This document shows, piece by piece, positions 13,881 to 25,784 of a DNA stretch of 64,000 nucleotides. The stretch covers positions 40,922,001-40,986,000 of the forward strand of contig NC_087251.1 in assembly GCF_037042905.1 (NCBI RefSeq). Direction: 5' to 3'. The DNA is from Lytechinus pictus. Lineage: Eukaryota. Within the stretch, counting starts at the first letter, position 1. Each line of letters opens with the position of its first letter. Position numbers and translations under genes: made by a program. A model generated the notes under the pieces. That model saw only the letters and a list, made by a program, of their open reading frames with translations, was not told where the DNA came from and made no database searches.

Positions 13881-14653
13881 GGAACTACAAAACTCTCTTG
13901 AAGAAGAACATGGAAACATAAACATTTATGACTTTCAATTAAAGCACAAGCAGAAGAAAGATTTTGGACTTTAAGTAATTCAGAATAAATATTTGTATCT
14001 GTGTTGTTTGAAGGCTGTCTACCAAAATTAAAGTTAAACAAGCTTCAAGAATATTATATTGTGTTAATAGTAAAGGCGCAAGATGAAATCATACTTTTTT
14101 GAAACTTTATCTTTAAAAAAATTTGGAGATGTATCGGTATTAGGTCTAAAAGACAAAACTATGCTTATGATATTACATTAAAGGTATCATGAATGCTTCA
14201 GCATTTATTCTCATCATCAAGAATTAATCAAACCAATAGTCCACTCAAAGTTATAATCCATCCAACTCAAGTCTCCTGTGTCAAGTACCCAACAACACAT
14301 ATGGAGACAACACATACAGTTTCTCTTGAATGTGGAGTAAAGGCATGGATTCTCGTAGGATCCATGGTAAAGGTGAGGGAAACCTTTAGCTACACCATAT
14401 ATCCAAAACCTGTTGAATTGATAACATTTGTATTAGTCTTTACAACATGGAATCCCTTTATGCAATTCTCTCTGATCTTTTTGTTGGTTCAAAGTGCAAA
14501 CCATGTTTGAATCTGAATAATATTCAACAACTTTATCGAGCTCAATACGTTAACTCGAATGTCTACAACAGGTGCTGGCGTCTAGAGGTAGAGCTTGGGA
14601 GGATGCAGACATTTTGTGTCTGATTTCCTTTATGGAAGGAATACAATATCAAC

Positions 14654-14943
14654 AAGATGGATGGTATCATAAGAAATGGTACTGTTCTCTGAAAAGCATT
14701 TGCAAGATGGTATCGAGCGTAACGCAGAACAGGTATGGCGTAAAATGAAAGGACTCAAGGAAGGTTTCAAAAGAGTAGAGCTCTGCCCCCTTGCCCAAGA
14801 AGATGGATGGTATCATAAGAAATGGTACTGTTCTCTGAAAAGCATTTGCAAGATGGTATCGAGCGTAACGCAGAACAGGTACGCCGTAAAATTAAAGGAC
14901 GCAAGGAAGGTTTCAAAAGAGTAGAGCTCTGCCCCCTTGCCCC
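14654..14943. repeat. 146-bp direct tandem duplication
   Basis: aagatggatggtatcataagaaatgg... starts at 14654 and at 14800. Confidence 0.9.
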
Positions 14944-15061
14944 CCCCCCCCACCCCCACCATGAACATCCCCCTCCTCAATACTTCAATCAATCCTGTGT
15001 TGGATATTGGAGCAGTCCAGATTCTCAACAAGAAATGTGGAGCTCCAGCAATTTAAGTCAT

Positions 15062-15261
15062 GGGCAATTCCATAAAATATGTACGTCCGACCCCCTATAT
15101 GTGGGACCTTCATGAAATTTTCTGTCTCTGATTTCTTGATCTTTTGACTGTCTGTAATGCTCTCAAATGACCACGACTTGGTCAGTTTATGAAGTGAAGT
15201 AAAACTTGAGAAAAATGGGGGTCGGACGTACAAAAGGGTTGATCATTTCATGGAATTGCCC
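15062..15261. mobile_element. Harbinger-like MITE
   Basis: GGGCAATTCCAT...ATGGAATTGCCC termini plus an internal inverted GTACGTCCGACCCC; TSD not clean. Confidence 0.55.
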
Positions 15262-15868
15262 TAATTGAGAATGGATGGTGTATAGTGTTACACACAATAG
15301 GGCATTAATCAAAATTTGTACGAGAATTAAAGAGATGGTCCGGGCTGAAAATATTTATATCTAAATAAGTAGAGTAAAATTCACAAAGCATTAATCAAAA
15401 TTTGTAAGAGAATGAAGTACTCGTCATCATCGATAAAGGTGATCTTCTTTTTTTTTTTTACTTTGGGATCATGGGTATATGGTGTGATTATGTACATGAA
15501 CGAAAGTACAAAAACTTAAAGTCAGATACCAGATGAAAGTAAGATGGTCCAATCAGGTATCACGCTGAAAGTACTGTCTCCTCACAGATGACTTGACTTC
15601 CTCAATCTTTTGTGCTTTACATGGATTCAATAACCAGCTGTCTGTATACTCTTAACAGCTGATGCTGACTGGAGAACCATCCAAAGCACCAGATATACTC
15701 TCAATATTCATCCAAGTTTGATGTTTTACCCCGTCTGCATCTGGCTCATATATCACCTTTCGTCCATCGGTATTCAATGAAAGTAAGGCATCGATACAGT
15801 GTCAAATTACACAGCAGCCCGTACTTATGTCATATCAAGCCATCTTCCATTGTATATATATATATATA

Positions 15869-16012
15869 TCAGTCTGATTCTGATGATAATCTATTGTCAT
15901 CATCACTCTCCTCTTCCTCATCATCATCTTTATCCCAGTCCTTCATCCCTGCACCAAGCATGAAGTCATCTCGCAACACTCCCCATGATGGCTCGGCCCC
16001 AACTGATGTATT
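15869..16012 (-). CDS. RRP15: RRP15 last coding exon (…WGVLRDDFMLGAGMKDWDK…SESD*)
   Basis: tttacccag acceptor; conserved C-terminal motif; TGA at 15871-15869. Confidence 0.9.
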   Translation of the reverse strand, partial: NTSVGAEPSWGVLRDDFMLGAGMKDWDKDDDEEEESDDDNRLSSESD

Positions 16013-19000
16013 CTGGGTAAATCAGGACAAACCATGAAGAAAAAAAAAATGAAGAAATAAAACAGGGAAATGATTAGAATAAGGTACCTTGTCAAAATTT
16101 GGAGCAGGGACTTTCTTGTGGGAATTCCGCAAGTGGCCTTTCGTTTCCAATTCTTACACTTCATCATAGACAAAGGGGAATGCATCAAAGCCGCTATGGA
16201 GAGACTCATAGGCCCGAATTCACAAAGGTGGTTTTGAAAACCCACGGTTGAGTCCATGGTTTATGCAGATTTCCTGTATAAATTACGTTTATTTTAGCGC
16301 TTATTGGCGCGTGTATAAAAAACGTCCAATGCTGATGCGCACTTTTGTCACAGTGCGCCAAATTGACGCCTGTTACCATGGTAAGATACGCTTTTTTATT
16401 CATGAGTCCACTGTTTCAAGAGTGGACTCGTGAATAAAATAGCGTGGATAACCACGGCAACAGGCGTCAATTTAGCACACTGTGACAGAAGCGCGCATTA
16501 GCATTGGACATTTTTTAATATACGCGGTAAAATAAGCATAATTTATACAGGAAATCTGCATAAACCATGGACTCAACCGTGGGTTTTCAAAACCACCTTT
16601 GTGAATTCAGGCCATAGTGCCTTCATGGCACAGACATTTGACAAGTTACCCAAGAGGATAATATTTCTTTAATGATCAAATGTCTGCAAGGGTCACCTGT
16701 CTACATTCTCAGTGTCCCTTTCTCATGTCATTTCTCAGAGTTGGAGCATGTACTTGATAACCATCTAATTGATCAATGAAGAAATACATGTACCTTTTTT
16801 ACGAGGCTGCCATCATTATCAAGCCTAATCGCTCATGATGGCGGTCTCCTGCATTCTTTTAAAACTGTCATTTTCTTTAATGAGTAATACATTTTTTTTC
16901 AAAAATAATATTGATCCAATGCTTATACTGTAACTATAATATCAATTTGTAATATATTACATTTGTACATATTACCTTGTAAACTTACATCTGATATATT
17001 GAATGCAGAAATATAAGCAATCAATCAATCATTAACACATTTTCGTTTCAGGACCATTTCTTATATCAGGGTGACTCTTTCAGCAATATGCTTGTTATCT
17101 CCATGAGAAGTAGATTTCACACTATAATGCATTGTTGATGTCACCCACAACTCATCATCCAGAAAGAAAACATTCCATGAAATTTGACCCCCCAAAAATG
17201 GAAAAGACCGAGAGTGCAAGTACGCCTGGGTCGGAACGGACGGAATCCCAGAATCCGTCCGATGTGTGCGGGTTCCGGTTTTGTTTTTTACATTACGGTA
17301 TTCCGATAAAACACCGGCGGATTCCGGAACAAAAAATTTCGACATGACTCGGGCCTAAGTGCAAGAATTCATCCATGATTGAAACTTACCTTTGATGATG
17401 TGATGCTCTCTTTCTTCTTTGATGAAGGGTCTACTTTTGAAGGGGCCGGTGTGCCTTTCAACATGTCCAGGAAATTGCCTTTTGTTAGCGATGCCTCTAC
17501 TTTAGCCCTCTTTCGTGTTGAACCTCCGACTTCTTTGAGTCTTTCTTCTCTGGTTTTTTGTTGCTTCTTCACTGCATTGAAAAGCTGCACAACACCTCTG
17601 TGGAAAGGAAAAGAAAAGGGCAATCAATCATACAAATGATTTCGAATTAAATACTAAGATTTTTTTTCAAAAGGTGACTACATTAACAACATCACAAATT
17701 GTAACAACTGACTATTGATATCCCCCCCCAAAAAAAAAATCACCCTAATATGAAAACTTCAACAAGTTTGAAGTTGACCCATCAAACAATTATGCAATTA
17801 TCGCAAGAACTCAAATAGGACAGACGGATGACCTGAAAATGAGATGCGTCCGTCCAATAAACACGGTGATTTACAATCTTTTGAATGGCTTTGGTGATCT
17901 GACATCCCAAATACCTATTAGTTCTTCATTCCTTGCCCCAATTTATTTCAAATTTATTATTGTTTCATTACTTCTCTTGCATCTGCTCTGTTGAATTTAA
18001 GTGGTAGATAGTCATTTCAGGCACAACTATTACGCAATAACAAATGTTAAACACTATTTTATCATCATAGCTGTTGCATGGGCATGGGAACAATTTTCAA
18101 AGAGAGGGTGCTAGTTTGTTATTAAACGAAAAGTCTTTTTGTCCCCAAAATGAAGTGGCTTCCGGTGAGAAAAAAATTGACAAGGCATAAAAAAAAAAAT
18201 TCATTCCAAAATGAAGTGCATTTTGCTCAGGAAAAATATTGACAAGCCCCCCCCCCCCCCTCAAAAAAAGAGTGTTTTTGTTCCAAGTGATGTGGGTCAA
18301 ATCTCAACATTTTAGCATACTAACCACATTTGAAGGGGGTGCTGCATGTGGGGTAACACAGGGGTGCTTCAGCACGGAGACACATCATATGCTCCTAAGA
18401 CAATTGCTCCTGTCTTAATATCTCAGAGGGCATAGAGTTAGAGTTAGGATTGTGATAGAGTTTTAGGTTCAGAAAAATGTACATATAAGGATTAGGGTTT
18501 ATTTAGTTTTGGAGGTTAATTCTTAGGTTTGGCTTAATGTGTAGATTTTCCATGAGAGCAATTGTCGCCAGAACAAATCATGTCATGGAACCTTCAGGAC
18601 ACCTGCTTCCCAAGGCCATGAGCTGTTGGTGCTACATGTACATACTTTCATCCTTAAAGTACAACATAATCACTTTAAACTTTAAGATTTACACAATGAC
18701 AGAGAAGTCATGACTCACTTTGTTGCTATTCGTTGGAGAGATCTTTCAAACTCCTTGTCAGTTACTTTGGGCATCACCTTGGCCATGTTTTCCCATTTCT
18801 TTCTGCTTTGTTTCTGAAAACATAACAAAGACTTAAAATAGAATTATTCATAATAACAAATGAATAAATGATAAGTTTTCAGGAGCCTAGACAAAAAAAA
18901 GGAATGCATACAAAGATCATGTCTAAACTTACCACACATCTATAATTCAAACCCATCTATAAAAATATATTATTTTTGTTGATTCTATTTAGGAGTCTGC

Positions 19001-21717
19001 ATGTCACATACGACAAATTATTTTGATAGAGTAGTTGTTTTAGTAAAAAAATGAAATTCTACCAATAGCTCCATCTATATATTTACAATAGGTTTCCATG
19101 ATTTTCAAGATGAATTCTACAGTAATTATAACACACAGTTGAAACTAACTGCTTTTAATTAATATTATTGGTGTTTAAAAGAAATATGAACATGAAAAGG
19201 CTTGTTTCATCACATCTTCACTAAATTAGATGAAACCATTCCTAAATTCAGGAAAGTGTGTTTCTAACAGATTCTGCCATCTTGTTGGATTGTTTGCAAT
19301 TGAAGTATACAACAGTGATATGAATGAAGCAACCAGTATTCTATCTAGAAAGTGTTCTGAGGCCCATTATCCATATTACCCAAACTTTAGATTGGGCTGC
19401 TACCAGTGCTAAGTTCATTCACGGAATTAATCCTACCAATTACTAAATTCAACTAACCTGGGACGAGTGCAGCACAAACAAATAATAATAATAAAAATAA
19501 TTCTGAGAGACGCATAACACCATATAAATAGTCTCTATTCGTGTGGAAGAATGATTGTTTTGTATAGGGCTAATACAGGTGCTTCTTAAAAAGGTATGTT
19601 TTTAACACAGATTTGAATCTGTTGATATCTGTTTTTGAATTTATGTGGTAGGTTGTTCCACAATTTCTTGTGCCATTTTCCCAACAGCTCTATCACCAAA
19701 AGTCTAGGACTTAACTTGTATTTCAGAGAGAAGATCCTTTGATTGTGAACAAAGATTTCGACTGGGTTGATACTTCTAAATTAGATCACCGAGGTAAGCA
19801 GGGCATTCTCATTAATGCACTTGAAAAACAAGAGCAAAAGGACTTTAAACACAATTGCAAGCCTGTATCGGAAGCAAGTGAGGACTACATAAGATCGGTG
19901 TCACATGTTCAAATTTCTTTTTACAAACTAGCAGCCGTACAGCTGAATTTAGTATGCGCAGGAGTTTAGAAAGCCGAGTATCTGATACTCCTAGAAGCAT
20001 TTCATGATCAAAGTCTAAGCGACTGAATATAAATGCATGAATAAGCCTTTCTGTGGTTGACTTATCCAGAAAATGCCTTATATTTCCAATCCTATACAGT
20101 CCAATGGCCGCTGATTTACAAATATTATTAACATGAGTTTTCTTCCCTAGATCATCCTCAACAATTACTCCTTTGAAATGCGAGAATCCGAACCACCATA
20201 AGACCATGCTGGTACCACACTTAAATGAAATCAATCAAATTTACTCCTACATATTCTAATGTTGTGTTCAAATACCTCTTTTACTCTTTCCATGAATTCC
20301 TTCTTCTCTATTTCCTTTGCTTTAGCATAGTCTTTTGATTTAGCAAGTACAGCCGAGGCATCTTCTGGTGTTTCTTTCCTGAGGATGCTTGCCATAGCAT
20401 CAGCCCAGCCTCCTCCTGGTATCTCTTCATCTTCGTTCTCAACATCATCTTCTTCACTGTCATTATTTAGCTTCTCTTTTGATTGTTGTTTTGGGGGTGA
20501 AATCGGTAAAGCCTTCATCTTCCTTTTTGAGATAGTACCGGTACCTAAAAAGACAAAAATGCCAGTGGTTAGAAGAGAAGCTTTCATTCTAAAAAAATAT
20601 TCTTAAACTATAACAAGCATCAATAGTCTGTAGCCTCAATAATCTCATCATTTACAACCATCTGTTGAATCAACTTGTATCATTAATGTGCCTACATTAA
20701 GGTTGCAATGCATTGTGGGGCAGAATTTTAGTACACAGTGAAGTGGACGCAATGATCAAAACATGTACAGCTTTTTGCAATAGTGCATTTGAGAGGTTTG
20801 GCAAGTGCTTTGGCACAACCACTGTAAATACCCCTGCATAGCCAATAACAATTAACATTGCAACTTAAACATGCGCATTATCTGTTTTATAAACAGGTCA
20901 ACAATATGGCAGAAAAAATGTCTGCAAATAAGTGCAACTTGGTCAAATAATGTCCATTTCATTGGAAGGCCTTGAATTTCCTATTATGACATAACCACTG
21001 CTAGTGCTACAGCAAAAAGATGGATTGTGTGACTTGTCTGTGCAGATCGATTGCAGCATCATTGATGATAAACCGATAGCTTCCTTTTCTGTTTCTTTGG
21101 TTTGGCTTTGCTCTGATGATGGACTATGAGTATGACTTGCTTCACTAGTACAAGTACAACTACTTCAACTACTACTAAGTAGTACTACTACTGCCAGTAC
21201 CAGTACCACTACACTACCACTACCAGTACCAGTACCAGGACTACAAAAAGTACAACTAGTACAGTACAAGTACAACCAACATTTTAAAGAAAATGTTTAA
21301 AAACTCCTCCAAACAGAGAGGTTTGGGATTTCAGCTGTGCACAGGTTTGCCAATAACATGGAATTTAAGGTTTATTTTAATGTGATGCCATGTTGCTTGT
21401 CGTCAAGCGACTTCCCCGGCCCCGGCTGGACCGAGCCACTCCTCTCAGGCTCAGCCGACGGGTGGCGGCCGGTATACCGGTACGCGGTATAGCGGTAGCT
21501 TCAAGCAACAACTACAGTCCCATGTATGTTACGTGGTGTTAGTTTTACATTCCACCCGGTTACTGTTTCACAAAGTAGACCTATATAAAGACTATATTCA
21601 TTTATTTAAAGTACCTGTGTTAAGTTCTTCATCGCTCTCGATGTCTCCATCACTTCCAGAATTATATGATACTTCTACACGAGCAATTTTTCTTTTAATT
21701 CCCTTTAAAGCAGACAT
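15869..21717 (-). CDS. RRP15: RRP15-like ribosomal RNA processing protein, complete 5-exon gene: join(21717-21615,20544-20276,18813-18719,17597-17390,16012-15869), 272 aa
   Basis: All introns are GT-AG and phases are consistent (1,0,2,0); total 819 nt. The spliced product has the Rrp15 motifs GWADAMASIL, ERSLQRIATKGVVQLFNAV and WGVLRDDFMLGAGMKDWD, followed by an acidic tail and TGA. Confidence 0.93.
16211..16613. mobile_element. palindromic Harbinger-like MITE in RRP15 intron 4
   Basis: Whole element is a foldback (GGCCCGAATTCACAAAGG...CCTTTGTGAATTCAGGCC), TSD ata. Confidence 0.8.
17390..17597 (-). CDS. RRP15: RRP15 coding exon 4 (GVVQLFNAVKKQQK...)
   Basis: ttccacag acceptor, AAG|gtaagt donor; Rrp15 core motif. 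Confidence 0.92.
18077..18620. mobile_element. hAT-like MITE with a nested GG..CC-ended element (18376-18592)
   Basis: 8-bp TSD agctgttg on both sides; nested insert has TSD ttcagcac/ttcaggac and degenerate TTAGGG-like repeats. Confidence 0.7.
18719..18813 (-). CDS. RRP15: RRP15 coding exon 3 (KQSRKKWENMAKVMPKVTDKEFERSLQRIATK)
   Basis: ttttcag acceptor, AA|gtgagt donor; not in the ORF track, read manually. Confidence 0.9.
19480..20234 (-). mobile_element. L2-clade LINE 3' fragment
   Basis: NNICKSA...RIGNIRHFL...RLIHAFIFSRLD...HVTPIL; (TTA)n-like tail. Confidence 0.8.
20276..20544 (-). CDS. RRP15: RRP15 coding exon 2
   Basis: tttttag acceptor, GAG|gtattt donor; encodes an acidic stretch and GGGWADAMASILRK. 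Confidence 0.9.
21615..21717 (-). CDS. RRP15: RRP15 coding exon 1 (MSALKGIKRKIARVEVSYNSGSDGDIESDEELNT)
   Basis: ATG in aaaatcATG context; ends ACAG|gtac, phase 1, matching the next exon. An in-frame ATG at 21747 is an alternative start. Confidence 0.75.
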
Positions 21718-21753
21718 GATTTTTGCATGGACATTGATATCATGCATCGGCAG

Positions 21754-21759
21754 CACGTG
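21754..21759. promoter_or_regulatory. canonical E-box CACGTG 37 bp upstream of the RRP15 ATG (candidate Myc/Max site)
   Basis: Sequence gCACGTGg; TSS-proximal E-boxes are typical of animal ribosome-biogenesis genes. Confidence 0.5.
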
Positions 21760-21959
21760 GGTAAAAGTTCGTTGACCTTGCTTATTTTGATTACTATTTA
21801 ATAGTAGTAGTACTTGGAGCTCCAGGCCAGTCTGAGCGAGAGTAGCCGCCAGGCCGGGTTTTCAATTAATGGGGTTTGATTCCTCCTTCTCTTTTCCCTT
21901 TCCCCTATTTTCCTGCTTTTGAACATTTTAGGGGTTCGATTATTGAACCCCCCCCCCCT

Positions 21960-22930
21960 CTCTCCCAAAAAAGGAGCAGAAGAAGATCGAAGAAGAAGAA
22001 GAAGGAGGGGGAGACACAGGAGGAGACTGGAGGATCGAGGAGGAGGAGAAGGAGGAAAGAAATATATGATGATGGTGATCGATGGCCGATGGAAGAGGAA
22101 GAATATATCCAAAGATGAGCATATTCAAATAATTATATGTTTTTTAACATTATGTAATCACCAAGGATTAGGACATTTATGTTATTGAACTTCCCCTAAA
22201 AAAGCAAAAGAATAAGAAGAAAGAATTGAAGAAGAAAGGAGAAAGGAGAAAAAGGGAAGGAAGAAGGAGAAGAAGAAGATGAAGGAGAAGGTGAAGAAGA
22301 AGAAGAATTAAAGAAGAAGGAGATACAGGAGGAGACTGAATGATCGAGGAGGAGGAAAGAAAAAATATGATGATGATAATGATCGATGGCCGATGGAACA
22401 GGAAGTGAGCATATTATATATATATATCTCTTAAACATTATGTAATCACCAAGGATTAGGACATTCATGTTATTGAACCACCCCCCCCCCAAAAAAAAAA
22501 AAAAAAAGCAGAAGAAGAATGAGTCTTTTGTTCACAGAAGCATAGGCGGAAGCGGGGGGGGGGGGAACTGTCCCCCCTAAATTTGAAGAAGAAGAAGGAA
22601 TAAAAAGGATGAGATACAGGAGGAGACTGAAGGATCGAGGAGGAGGAGGAAATATGATGATGGTCGATCAGGGCCGTCGCTAAAGGGGGGTGGTGGGTGT
22701 GCGACACTCCCACTAATTTGAATATCGTCGGTTAATCAGCGCTGCCGTCGGGAAGAATGGAAGAAAAAAAAAGAGAGAGAAGGAAAAAAAGAAGGGAGAA
22801 AGAGGAAGGAAAAAGGAAAAGAAGAGAAAGAGAAAAAAGGAAGGAAGGAAAAAAGGAAGAAAGAAAGAAAGGGACAAACAGGAAGAGGAAAACAAAAGGA
22901 AGGAGAAAAGTATTTAAAAAAAGAGAAATG
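21960..22930. repeat. purine-rich low-complexity region with three ~300-bp diverged repeats
   Basis: gagatacaggaggagactg..gatcgaggaggagga at ~22011, ~22320, ~22611. Confidence 0.8.
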
Positions 22931-24249
22931 AATGGGGTAGATCAGGACTTGATTATATATAGCTAGGTAAACCTGTGCGTCGATGTAAGAAACGGAGTCT
23001 GAGATGTTAGAAAATTTATAAATTGTCTGTTATGCAAGCGCAGGGCTATATAAGGCCTGCTGAAAATTTAATTAAAATCGGATGTAAAATAAGGAAGTTA
23101 TGACATTTTAAAGTTTCGCTTATTTTTCACAAAACAGTTATATGAACAACTCAATGACATGCAAATGAGAGAGTCGATGATGTCCCTCACTCACTATTTC
23201 TTTTGTTTTTTATTGTTTGAAATATAGAATATTTCAATTTTTACAGATTTGACAATAAGGACCAACTTGACTAAACCATAAAATGTTAAGGAGATGGTAA
23301 TTCCACGTGTTCAGGGACGAATGAAACTTTTGTTCAAGGACAATGAGGAGATAATGGAAATAAATCATATTTCATATAATGAAATACAAAAGAAATAGTG
23401 AGTGAGTGATGTCATCAGTCCCCCCCCCCCCATTTGCATATACCGACCAGGATGTGCATAGAACTGTTTTGTGAAACTATAAGCGAAACTTTGAAATTTT
23501 ATGTCATTTCATTTCATTTATTTTCCATTTCCAACAATCATTTACAATAAGTTTTGTTACATACATCTTGATATAATTATAATCAATAAAACAAGGAAAC
23601 ATTATTTATAATAATCAAGTTAACCATGTATCAGGTCGGAAACGGAGGAAGCTGCTAAAAAGCGAAGCTTGTAGAATGCAGCCTTCTATTACATATTCGT
23701 TGAACAATATAAACAAAACACAAATACAACATGGTAGAAATTTGAGCATGAAACCATTTCTGCTTTTTCTTCTGTCTATTGCGCAGCATATCCTTCACAG
23801 CGAAGACCTCTTTGTGTGAATAACTTTGCACTTGTTCTGTAATTATGCTTACATCAATATGATTTCGACCTTTTTGGTCATTCTCTTTTTTCTTTCCTGT
23901 ATATAAACGCATGTATGAATAAGTCGATTATATTTTCTTCATTTCCAAGGGGGATCCACACTTTACAAGCTTTGCTTTGTAGTGGACCCCCCTCATTTCC
24001 ATTTATGCTCAATATTATACTGTTTTTTGTTTTACGAAGTAAGAATGCTCGTCTGTAAAATTGCATTTGATTTGTAGTACTTTATATTACTGTGTATTAT
24101 GTTTTGAATGGAAATGGAATAAAGAATTCAATTGAATGAATTGAATTGAATGTATATATTTAAAAAAAGAAAGAAAGAAGGAAATAGAAAATGAAAAAAA
24201 AAACGAGATAAATAGTCTCCAGATTCTTGCCCCGGCACTCACAGCGAAT

Positions 24250-25075
24250 ATTACGGATCAACAGGAAAACGAAAAATATCAAAAGTCACGGTTCGTAATG
24301 CTGAGTATTATGAAAAAATATAATGTATAAGTGATGAAGAGATAAACTAACGAGTATCTTGGAGAAACTTTTTTAACTTAAATTTAAAAGAATTTAGGCT
24401 TGTGGAATCTTTGATAGTATTATTAAGAGTGCCCCAAAGTCGAGGGTCTTCGAAAGTAAAAATTGATTTGGCAAGAATAATGTCCGGGGTAGAGGTAAAC
24501 GAAATTTATCGGATTGACGTGTATATATAGGGTATTAATGGATAGCTTTGTTTTTGTTAAATCAAAGATTGATGGTATAGCATATTATTGTTTAATTGAT
24601 ACATGAATTGACCCAAGTTATATTGATATAATGTTTTTACTTTTACAATTTTATTGTCAATAAACAATGGGTCTGTATGAGATCTCCAAGACATATTAAA
24701 AATAACACGCAATGCCTTTTTCTATAAAAGTAATATTCTTTCTAGATATGATGTATGTGTATTTCCCCAGACAATTATCCCGTAGTTTAGATAGGGTAAA
24801 ATTAATGTTGAATAAAGCATTTTTAGGGAGGAAGTTGGTAGAAAAAACTTGACCTTATTAATAACACCAATATTACGTAAAATTGTACGGCATAAAGAGT
24901 CAATGCGTGTTTTCCAAGATAAATTGTTGTCTACTATCAGACCTAAAATTTTTGTTGAAGCAACCACTTTAATGTCAGTATTGTCCAATTTAATATCGTA
25001 AGGTAATTTATCTAAAGAATTGCTGAAAAACATACATTTCGTTTTTTGTACATTGATTGACAATTTATTAGATCT
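24250..25075 (-). mobile_element. CR1/L2-group LINE 3' RT fragment
   Basis: INVQKTKCMFF...KILGLIVDNNLSWK...LYSTLILPYLNYGIIVWG. Confidence 0.8.
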
Positions 25076-25784
25076 TATGTCATAACTTTCTTATTTTACA
25101 TCCGATTTTTATGAAATTGTCAGTGTTATGCTCATTGGATTTTTCTCTTTTTATTCAAATAAACTTTTTGTTGGGGATGGACTTGTCCTTTAATCGCTTG
25201 AAGAGAACATAAACATATTAGGGGCCAGCATAATCACGGGAAAACTAAGATGGAGAGGGGTCTTAATATTTTTCTCCCCCCCCCCCTCCCCCGCGCCAGT
25301 TCACTCTAAGGAGGGACTCCAAAATGCCTATAAGTGCTTAATTTCAAATCATGTTTAAAAAAATAAACAGTCAAAAACTACAATTTTGGCGGGCTCTTTG
25401 AGTGAAGATATTTTGTCCGGCCAAGAAAGCATGCAGAAATCGGCGATTAATGTCGAAATATGGATCCGCCCTCGGCGAGGCATTTCTCACATGAATCGTG
25501 ACTGGGGTATCAAGAGAAAAAAAAACCTCCCCCGAATGAGCATAGTGCTTTGGAGCTAATTAATAATATAGGCCCTTCATTACAATGAAATAATGCAAAA
25601 TGACAACAAAAAGGCAGTTTAAAGAATTGCTAACATTATTTTGAATATATCAGACACTATCACAAAGAACGAATTTCCAGTAAATTATGTCACATTTCAT
25701 GTATAAATTTTGTGAAATACAATCTGCAGGGCTAAGATTTTTCTTCGAAAGACCATTTCCAAATATTCGGGACCCGCCCCGCCC

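Noticed and set aside
18010..18070. Intronic box C/D snoRNA in RRP15 (ATGATGA...CTGA on the minus strand)
   Set aside because: Only ~50 nt long with no terminal stem; a second C-box-like site near 19205 has no downstream D box.
20385..20606. Plus-strand ORFs overlapping RRP15 exons (also 17379-17639 and 15777-16037)
   Set aside because: Antisense shadows of real coding exons.
21798..22966. Arg/Glu/Ser/Phe-rich ORFs
   Set aside because: Low-complexity purine tract; no splice-consistent gene model.
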